Positions 23,264 through 32,194 of a stretch of 32,194 nt of DNA are shown here, piece after piece. The stretch lies in contig NC_068983.1 of the NCBI RefSeq assembly GCF_001194135.2, positions 125,121,460 through 125,153,653 of the forward strand. Direction: 5' to 3'. The notes beneath the pieces were generated by a model that was not told where the DNA came from, made no database searches, and saw only the letters and a program-made list of their open reading frames with translations. This DNA comes from Octopus bimaculoides (lineage: Eukaryota). A program made the translations under genes and the position numbers. Every line of letters starts with the position of its first letter. Positions within the stretch are counted from its first letter, which is position 1.

Positions 23264-24085
23264 GGTTTTTTCAAGAAGAGTTCTCGTAATATTTCAACAA
23301 AAATTATGAAAAGTAAAGAATTAAAAACCAAATACAAAAAAAAAAAAGAAAAAAAAGAAAAGCAGTCAGAAAGAAGACAAGAGGGAAAATATAAAGACAG
23401 AAAAGATAAGAAGAAATGAAAACTCTGTTCAGCACGTTGACATTTCTTTGCACTGTGATTGTTCAAATCACTGCAACAGCTTCTTCAAAAAATTAAATTC
23501 CGGTCAACCGGTACTCCTGGCCCTTGTAGTTTCCAAGAAAGATATTCCAGCTGAGTCGGAGACACAGGAGCAAGAACAAAAAGTAATTTATCATTATATG
23601 TTAAATACACAACGAAAAAATTTTTTGTTTCACAGCAGCAAAAAAATTCCACTGTTTATAGCAGCAGAGCATCCACCCACAAAAATAATTCACTTAAAAA
23701 TGAACAATGACATTCTTTTTTGCCATGTTTTTTTTTTAAAGTTCTCTTAATAGTTCAACGAAAATGTCAACAAAAATTATGAAAAGCAAAGAACAAAATT
23801 AAAAAAAAAACATTTAGAAAAAAAACAAGAGAAAAAACATAAAGAAAGAAAAGATAAGAAGAAANNNNNNNNNNCTTCAACAGCTTCTTCAAAAAATCAA
23901 ATTCCGGTCAAATGGTACTCCAGTTGAGTCGGGGACACAGTAGCAGGAACAAAAAGTAATTTACTATTAAAAGGTAAATACACAACGAAGAAAATTTTTC
24001 ACAGCAGCAAAACAAATTCCACAGTTTATGGCGACAGATGATGCGCCCGCCAAATTATTTCACATAAAAGTGAACAATTTTGCCC
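23250..24085 (-). repeat. Tandem ~463-bp monomers in the L1 5' region
   Basis: attctttttcgccatg (23250) vs attcttttttgccatg (23712). caacagcttcttcaaaaaat.aaattccggtcaa and gaacaaaaagtaattta each occur twice. Unit 2 contains a 10-N gap. Confidence 0.8.
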
Positions 24086-24299
24086 AACAATAGGCAGACC
24101 AGAGTCCAGAATCCAGTGAGCATCTCTTGTTTGTACAAAAAATAATACAGCAAACAACAAACCCCCACTGGATCCAGAAAACAGAAGTCTCACCTTACAG
24201 CTGAGCTTCTTTTTCCTTCAATATTTCGCCAGCTGTACACCAGCGTGGTGACTTCTGCAGTGTAAGAACAGCATTGACACAACCGGAAACTGAAGCACG

Positions 24300-25367
24300 C
24301 TTCTTTATTTTATCAAATTACCCAGTCTTCACAAATAGGCTTTGCGGGCGGACATTTACATTAATGAGGTAATGAATATGAATAAAATGAGAAGGGTATT
24401 CGGCGCCCGCCGACCGAACACCCTTCGAACTCACATGTTCTTATTTTATATAAAGTTCACAATCAATCAAAATTCAAACAAATTAATATCAAATAAAATA
24501 TCACTCACTTCCACCTCCCCTCATGGACTCCCAGTCAAATACTCAGCCGCCTCCATGGCAGTCTGCATGCATAGCTGGGAGTCGAGAAAGAGGAAGGCGA
24601 AGTGTTTCTTATGATATAAGTTCATCACCTGATACCACAATTTATAATTTATCACCTCCGCAACTATATTCGGAGGCCACTCTGAACTACTTGAGCACTC
24701 CGAAAACTCCCGCTCTCGGTCGCCCAAGCCGTCCAAGTATTCATTAACAGGACCCCTTAGGGAAAGGAGGACAAAATCCTCCTGCTCTTCAGGGGGTTTC
24801 TGTCTGCACTGTCAGCAGCACAACTCCTACTGACAGAGCCTCCCGCACCTGCGGCACACATCCCGCCGGCGATTCAATAGGCGACACAGGGCCCTTCGCC
24901 GACTGTCCCCTGCTCCTCCATTTCCTCTTTCTTTCTGAGGCTGCGGAGGCAGGGGCCTGTGTCAGCAGGAGGACACTATATCCCTCCGGCTCCTGTATCG
25001 CCTATAAATCTTTTGGTGAGCAACCGTTGTTGCTCACCTTTCTTTTTCTATTCGTTGAGGCAACTTCCTCCACGACTTCCAGAGTCTCCCATACCACTGG
25101 GATGGCGGTAGGCATTTTACTTTTCTGTGCCGAGGCCATATCACGACCTCTGTCTGCTCCGTCAGTGGCACAATTCCCACTTACGGAGCCTCTCTTGCCG
25201 TCGGTTCAATCGGCGGCACAGGGACATCCACCGACTGTCCTCTGCTCCTCCTTTTCTTCTTTCTTTTTGAGGCTGCGAGAGCAGGGGGCTGCGTCGGCGG
25301 ACGCGGGGGATCGCTATCCTCCTCTGCTGCCTGCGCCGCCTATACATTCATTGATGAGCAACTATTG
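24300..25367 (-). mobile_element. 3' portion of an unidentified GC-rich retroelement (ORF1 C-terminus-like) with an internal duplication
   Basis: Degenerate Pro/Ala/Lys/Arg-rich coding-like text (AASKRKKKRRSRGQS / AASERKRKWRSRGQS), ORF end 24521-24736, AT-rich 3' UTR and AATAAA at 24304-24309. Confidence 0.45.
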
Positions 25368-26682
25368 CGGTTCTCGTCGGGAGAGACAATGGACGAACCC
25401 GACGGTAGTGGATATAGAGATTTAGAGATTTTGATGCTGGACGACATTCTACAGAGAGAAATGAAAGTCAAGTTCAGTGAGGCTTATCAAAAAAGGGTGA
25501 AGATGGTGTTGAAATCCAGCCTGAATGCCAAAAATTTCATTACCGCAATGAAAGCTCGGGCAGTTGCATTGGTCAGATATAGTGCGCCCTTCCTGAAATA
25601 GACGGACTATATCTAAGGAGGAAATGTCAACACTGGATAGAAGGACGAAAATGTTGATGACGCTGCATGGGGCGCTATATCCTAAAGCGAACGTAAACAG
25701 ACTGTATATGAAAAGAAAGAATGATGGCAAAGGACTAATTGGTATAGACCATTGTATAAAGAGTGAAAGGAGAACGCTTGCCGAGTATTTGATAAATAGT
25801 AATGAAGACCTGCTACAATATGCTGCGAAAGATATGGGTGTAAATGCAGATGAAATGATGGGCAACGAAGAGTTTAACCAAAGAGAAAAGATCTTCTTGA
25901 AATGAGAATGTATGGACAGTTTGAAAGGAATACACAAAACGTTAATGATAATACAGCATCGTGGGCACGGCTTGAGTGAGGTGATTTGAAGCGTACTACC
26001 GAAAGCCTTATCATTGCTGCACAAGAGCAGGCTCTCGCTACCATTTCAGTGAAGTATAACATCTATAAAACTTCTGACACCCAGAAATGCAGACTCTGTG
26101 GAAAGATTGTGAAAAATGTGAACCACTTGGTAAGTGGATATGAGAGCCTTACACAAAGTATACAAAGACCGCCAGGATATGCCATAAATACCAACATGGA
26201 GTAATATAGAAATGGTATGAGCATGCACCAAGTAAAGTTATACAGGAGGATGCAAAAGTAACGATACTCTGGGACTATGATTTACAGACGGATCGTGTAA
26301 TCGGTCACCGTTGGCTGGATATTGTCATATTGAAGAAGTGTGACAAATACTATCAGATCATTGATGTAGCCGTACCAAATGACATGAATGTTTTGAGTAA
26401 AGAGGTTGAAAATATCAACAAGTACTTCGAATTGAAAGTGGAAATGGCTAGAATGTATGGAATGCGAGAGGGTAATGTAAAAATGATACCAGTATTATCC
26501 CACTAGAACTTCAAGACTTCTTAAGGCACCTGAAAATCCCATGCAAGATTGATGTCTTGCAAAAAGCAGCCTTACTGGGCACAGCGCACATCTTAAGGAA
26601 ACTATTATCTATCTGAGGTCTTTGTGATTTGAGAGATGGCTAAAGACTCCGGTGGATTTTTACCTACACTCTCTTACTAAGG
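25368..26682 (+). mobile_element. 5'-truncated R4/Dong-like non-LTR element with restriction-like endonuclease (RLE)
   Basis: GYRDLEIL (GYKYLGI-like), KRVKMVLKSSLN, LYPKANVNRLYMKRKNDGKGL, LKRTTESLIIAAQEQAL, CCHC-like KCRLCGKIVKNVNHLVSGY, PD-(D/E)XK-like LDIVI...IIDVAVPND, and terminal LQKAALLGTAHILRKLLSI* (stop 26614-26616). Confidence 0.88.
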
Positions 26683-26701
26683 AATAATAATAATAATAAT
26701 G

Positions 26702-26768
<67 letters not shown>

Positions 26769-26810
26769 TAATAATAATAATAAGGATGATAATTATAATC
26801 ATAATCATAA
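26683..26810. repeat. (TAA)n microsatellite at the 3' end of the R4-like element
   Basis: Direct reading. Explains the poly-Ile ORF 26699-26932. Confidence 0.95.
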
Positions 26811-26974
26811 AGACCCTGATGCATTACCAGGCAGTGCCTCTCATGACTTCTGATCTTAAAAGATTGGAAATTTTACCATGTACATTGATTTCTCTCGGTA
26901 TAAAAGATAGGCTACAGCAAATATTCTGCTGAATACCACAGATTTGCTTGTCAGTTTTTTTCTTTAATCAGTTG

Positions 26975-27140
26975 AGCTGACGATATGCGCAGAGAATTGT
27001 GGGGGTGCATCATAGCTATGTGCTGAGAGGAATGCTTTGAGGTTTGAATAATTCACCAATTGTAACAGGAGTGTTTCGTTCAACGTTCTCAAACAACCCT
27101 TATTCAAGAACATTTTGACCGGGATAGGCTACTCGGTCGA
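26975..27140 (+). mobile_element. Possible SINE/LINE 3' remnant of another family
   Basis: gaggtttgaataattcacc...gtttcgttcaac...aaacaacccttattca...gggataggctactcg is recalled as an octopus repeat. No second copy in this window. Confidence 0.3.
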
Positions 27141-28343
27141 ACCGATATATATACGCATGAATATAATAAGGTGGCGTGCGTGTAGAGCTTCCTTTTCGGT
27201 ATTTTTCGTCATTCAGAAAATCGCATTAAAAGTTGTAATGCATTGCCATGATAATAAAGAATATTCTTTTCGTTTGCAGATTTTAGGGTCAAATTTGCTT
27301 TAATTTCTTTCAAACACAATAATCTGCACCTAACTTTATAGAACTCAGCACATTTTATAATCTCGATGCAGAGTTTTTCTTAAAGGAACGCACAATTAGA
27401 GAAATAGACTTTGAAATTCTGATATTATATATCGATCGTACATCTGACACACAATGAGTTTCCAAAAGCATACTTGCTATTCAAAAATTTTCAAATCGAA
27501 CCGCTATCATGTAAATCGATATTTCAATACTTATAAATACGAATCTATGAAAACTCATTTGGGAGTTAGATTAAAACATTTGTAATTATCTTGTTTCAAG
27601 CTTTTGTGATAATTACAAATATGTATTTACTGGAATTACAAATCACAAATTATTCTGATTGATTGAATTTATTCGCAAAATGAATTGAAGAAGATATCGA
27701 ATTCTCTCTGGCAATTTCCTCTCTCGATATTGAATTTCATTTACAACTTCTGGAATGAAATATTGCGTCGTTTTAATCATGCGGACATCATGTAACTTAG
27801 GTGGAAATAGTACAGTAGTTAGTGCGATAAACAGTCATATAAAATAACTTATACATACACACAGTGTATACACATCTATGTACACTTACATATATACATG
27901 TATACATACATACGCACGCACACATACATAAACACATGTGAGCACTTACATGCAAAGATGCATATACTTAATATGACGAGCCGATGCGTTAAATTTCGTT
28001 TCAAAATCAGGAAGTTTTCCTATATGTAAAGGAATTACAATTCTCTATCTTGAATGTGATTTAAATTGGTTATATTATAAGTACATACCTAACGACTCAA
28101 GATTTATAATTAATCGTTAGATAGATCACATATAAAGAATTGACTTTATTGCTAATTATGTAATTATGGAATTCTAATGTGCCTAATCAAAGTGCTGGAA
28201 ATAGGACGCAAATTTCCCTTAAATCATTAATCTGATCTCATCGTTTTAAAACGTAAATATGTGATAATGTAGAATTCAATATATTATTTCTGAAAATATT
28301 ACAGGACAGCTGACAGAATGCTATCAATACTATCTCTGCTAAA

Positions 28344-28560
28344 AAGCAGCGAGTTGGCAGAAATGTTAGCATGTCGGGTGAAATGCTTAACGGTATTTCG
28401 TCTGTCTTTACGTTCTGAGTTCAAATTACGCCGCGGTCGACTTTGCTTTTCATCCTTTCGGGGTCGATAAATTAAGTACCAGTTGCGTACTGGGGTAGAT
28501 GTAATCGACTGACCTCCTCCCCGAAAATATCTGGCCTGGTGCCTAGTGTATAAAAGAATT
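28344..28560 (+). mobile_element. tRNA-derived SINE family B, full length, with TSD
   Basis: A-box-like gagttggcagaaatgttag, B-box-like gagttcaaatt and central ctttcatcctttcggggtcgataaattaagtacc-like block. Perfect 11-bp TSD ctatctctgct at 28330-28340 and 28561-28571. Confidence 0.9.
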
Positions 28561-28596
28561 CTATCTCTGCTGAATGGCAAATGTTCAAGGACCTAA

Positions 28597-29780
28597 TATT
28601 TGGTTGGCCAAAAAGTCCTTTCTGTTTTTGTTGAAACTAATCTTCAATAATTCTGTCAAGTAGCTACCTTCAGTCTGTCCCTTGCATATGCGGACTTGTT
28701 AGACAATTAACACTTCAATGTTTTTCGATGTGGACTCGTAATGGGGCAGTTTGTGTTATGTGTTTATGAAAATGGAGAATGGAAGCGAACATTAACGATA
28801 CCGTTACATTTGAAAGAAATAAATACGTTAGGAAAACGCCGAAGCTTGCAGGAAGATACGCACTGTGTGCAGAGAGGATGCTGTTATAGTTGGTGTGTGC
28901 TAAGAATGGTTTTCAAGTTTTGAATCGGAATTTTGTTTTCATTTCACGACGCACCTCACTCTGGCCGGCCGACTGAGATTAAATGGAATAAGCTGACACC
29001 AACCTACGAATATCTACGATCACCTTGGATGATCATAGATATTCTCCAAATATCCAATCGAGTGTTCAAAACCATTTCCATTAACATATTTACGTCATCA
29101 GGCTGGATGTTTCAGGCCCGCGTCAACAGAATACTGCTAACATCGCCCTGCAGATTTCCATTTGCGATTTGCAGCAGAAACCCGAAGGAAACTTTCCTTT
29201 TTTTCGAACTGAACGGTGGAAGAACACGAACACGGATCACTTACGAAAATATGAAGCACAAACGCTAAATGGGGGACCACCATAAGCGACTTACAAAGTA
29301 AGAATTCATCTGAAAAATGTTATAATTTCAATTTGGTGGGACTGGACTCTTTTACGAAATTTCTGCCAAGAAACAGAACCGTCAATTCGGACGTGTACTG
29401 TGACCAGCAGGACACATTAAACGCAGCGATGTACCAGAAGTACATGCTAATCGCACACTTCTTTGCAGACGCAGCAGAGATTGCTACAGATTAGCTGGTA
29501 AGTTTTGCCGCATACTCCCTATTCATTGACTGTGTCTCTTCAGATTTTCACCGGATTCGATTTCTTCAAATTCATTGAATGGAGAGATCGTCGACGGCAG
29601 AGGATGTAAATAAATATTCACCTGGAAGAGTATTTCGATAGTAAAGAAAGGAAATTATTTGAGCAGAGAATAATGGATTTGGACAAAAGATCGTAGAATA
29701 TACTGGAATGAAACGGTAACCATCTTGATTGAAAAAATCGCTTTGTGGTTAACACTTGTGTCTTTTTTTTAAAACCTGGA
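28597..29780 (+). mobile_element. Heavily decayed mariner
   Basis: TA followed by TIR-like tttggttggccaaaaagt. Peptides HDAPHSGRPTEI (ORF 28933-29268) and SW*VLPHTPYS (about 29483-29520). Right TIR not recognisable. Confidence 0.7.
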
Positions 29781-29949
29781 AAGCAGTAACTCATAGATAC
29801 AATAAGATGTGCTCATTTCTCGAGTAAATATAAAATACGAAAGAAGTCAATGCCATTATGATTATCTCCTTCATAAAAAATGGTTTGTTATAGAGGATCA
29901 ATCTTTAAAATCAAATTATATGATATATATTTCTTTATTGCTCCCAGTG

Positions 29950-30158
29950 GGCTAAACATAGAGGAGACAAACAAGGACAGACAAAGAGATTAAGTCGATT
30001 ACCTCGACTCCAGTGCATAGCTGGTACTTATTTAATCGACCATGAAAGGATGAAAGGCAGAATCGACCTCGGTGGAATTTGAAATCAGAACGTGACAACT
30101 GACGAAATACAACTAAGCATTTCGCCCGGCTTGCTAACGATCCTACCAGCTCGCTGCC
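29950..30158 (-). mobile_element. SINE family B variant
   Basis: aagtcgattacctcgactccagtgcatagctggtacttatttaatcgacc.tgaaaggatgaaaggc...gccagctcgc-like head. A 3' tip also occurs at 19357-19383. Confidence 0.85.
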
Positions 30159-30619
30159 CAAATTATATAAATAAGTAGATTTCTGCGTCATGCCATGATA
30201 TTTCATAATTAATACACCCTCAACAGCATGATAAAATCGAAATGTTCTTATAATAATATAATAATATAATATTCTTGTTATAATATAATATTCTTAAAGT
30301 GAAAGAATACGATGAAGTGGATATATTCGTAACATGCTGAGACTAAAAATCAACTATGAAATAATTAGATTAAATAATAACTATAAAATGAAGATTCCAT
30401 TAATATGATGTGAGGAACGCATTATTTATCAGGTATAAATACGTTGGATTGTTAACAGATTCTGGCATTCTAAGCAGAAAACAGTTTTATAACTGCAATA
30501 GTTTACTTCAAGTGTTTCTTTCAAATTTGTTGAATTAAAATATCAAGCACAATAAAAGACATTTTAAAGAAACAAGCTGTTTATCAAACACTAATATACT
30601 TTTGTTATTTTATTCCTTT

Positions 30620-31300
30620 ACTTAGTTCAGCCATTTGACTGCGGCCATGCTGGAACACCACCTTGAAGTTTTTTGTCGAACAATTTGAAGCTAGTACTCA
30701 TTTTTAAAGCCTAGTACTTATTCTATCGGTCTCTTAAGCCGAACCACTAAGTTACGGGGACGTAAATACACCAACACCGGTTGTTAAGCGATTATTGCTG
30801 CGGGGAAAGCTGAGACGCAAAAGCACATGCACAAACGCGTATGCATATACATACATACCTAAATACATACATACATATATNNNNNNNNNNNNNNNNNNNN
30901 NNNNNNNNNNNNNNNNNNNNNNNNNNNNNNNNNNNNNNNNNNNNNNNNNNNNNNNNNNNNNNNNNNNNNNNNNNNNNNNNNNNNNNNNNNNNNNNNNNNN
31001 NNNNNNNNNNNNNNNNNNNNNNNNNNNNNNNNNNNNNNNNNNNNNNNNNNNNNNNNNNNNNNNNNNNNNNNNNNNNNNNNNNNNNNNNNNNNNNNNNNNN
31101 NNNNNNNNNNNNNNNNNNNNNNNNNNNNNNNNNNNNNNNNNNNNNNNNNNNNNNNNNNNNNNNNNNNNNNNNNNNNNNNNNNNNNNNNNNNNNNNNNNNN
31201 NNNNNNNNNNNNNNNNNNNNNNNNNNNNNNNNNNNNNNNNNNNNNNNNNNNNNNNNNNNNNNNNNNNNNNNNNNNNNNNNNNNNNNNNNNNNNNNNNNNN

Positions 31301-31338
<38 letters not shown>

Positions 31339-31450
31339 CGACAGGCTTCCTTCAGTTTCCGTCTACCAAATCCACTCAAAATGCTTTAGACATCCCGAGG
31401 ATATAGTAGTGGTGCTGAATCCACATTCTTTGTGATTGGGAAGCACGCTT
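30620..31450 (-). mobile_element. SINE family C spanning gap 30881-31300 (its internal microsatellite)
   Basis: 3' half at 30620-30800 (gactgcggccatgctgg...cctagtacttattctatcggtc) and 5' half at 31339-31445 (ggcttccttcagtttccgtctaccaaatccactc). Confidence 0.78.
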
Positions 31451-31499
31451 CTTGTAGCACACTTCCTTTCTCTCAACTACTCAACTCTTCCACTACGCC

Positions 31500-31950
31500 C
31501 TCCCCCCATATTCGTTTATCTCATAATCTACCTATTCTCCTCCTGGCTCTCTGTCTGGTCAATTGACTTTCCTAATATATTGCCTGCTTAACATTAACTT
31601 GTTCACACGAGACGTTTGTTTTCGCCAGGCTAATTCTAGCGTTAACATTATCTTCCATTTCTCCCTGCTTTGCTTCTACTCTTTCTTTCTGTTTATGTTA
31701 CTAAAGTTTTCCTTCCTCTTTCACTTACTCTTGATCTTGTTTTACTTTCCCTTTAACCGTTTATTCTTGATAACACAACTACATCTGCTGCATTTAATAA
31801 TTTCCTCTTCATTAGGGAGCTGGGCCTATATCTTCTTATGGCTGGTTACCAGTTACATACACACGAATGTTTTCACATTCCATCAAACATAACTGCTTAA
31901 ATGGAAATAAATGTTTTATTCCACCAAACGTTTATCTCGATTACTACTTC
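31500..31950 (-). mobile_element. Eroded LINE (RTE-like) post-RT remnant
   Basis: Minus-strand GEMEDNVNARISLAK (about 31620-31667) resembles the GG..EVxxRIxxA motif after RT domain 7. KCSRC lies upstream. Confidence 0.35.
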
Positions 31951-32103
31951 CGTATTAGCTCGAGTTGGATTTCTCTTACAGCCGCTCGTGATGTTGCAGG
32001 TTTTGCTGCAAATGTAGAATTTGGAGTTCAGGTTTAAATAATTTTGAACTCTACTATGCGTTTTCTATAATAAGCATACTCGTCTTTCAAATATTCTCTG
32101 TAG

Positions 32104-32135
32104 ACACAAACACGCACACACGCACGCATATACAT

Positions 32136-32194
<59 letters not shown>
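32104..32194. repeat. (CA)n microsatellite
   Basis: Direct reading. Confidence 0.95.

Larger units (their letters stand above)
19461..24298 (-). mobile_element. L1/Tx1-clade non-LTR retrotransposon, near full length, inactivated
   Basis: Collinear 5' UTR with monomers, ORF1 with a zinc knuckle, ORF2 with APE then RT. Gap at 20795-21286. The 3' terminus and C-terminal zinc finger were not seen. Confidence 0.88.

Noticed and set aside
29488-29505. Perfect-looking splice donor CTG|GTAAGT
   Set aside because: Lies within mariner coding remnant SW*VLPHTPYS, so it is coincidental.

Overview
AT-rich, microsatellite-dense eukaryotic DNA with nine N-gaps (about 3 kb in total) and no recognisable intact host gene. 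The repeat content resembles octopod cephalopod (Octopus-like) genomes; this assignment is from memory and was not searched. The window is a transposon graveyard. It holds three recurring tRNA-derived SINE families, labelled A, B and C here, several with visible target-site duplications and one nested insertion. It also holds four decayed mariner copies and a MITE with ~145-bp TIRs. Non-LTR elements include a near full-length but dead L1/Tx1-clade LINE (minus strand, ~19.5-24.3 kb) with tandem 5' monomers, a 5'-truncated R4/Dong-type RLE element ending in (TAA)n, a Penelope-like GIY-YIG fragment with a 5' hairpin, and RTE fragments. Almost all ORF-track entries are microsatellite or N artefacts, or transposon fragments. 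The most interesting leads are two candidate ORF1-only (HAL1-like) Tx1 derivatives and a Penelope 3' composite (tRNA-like head + TAA + half hammerhead). I cannot support an intact novel system with high confidence.
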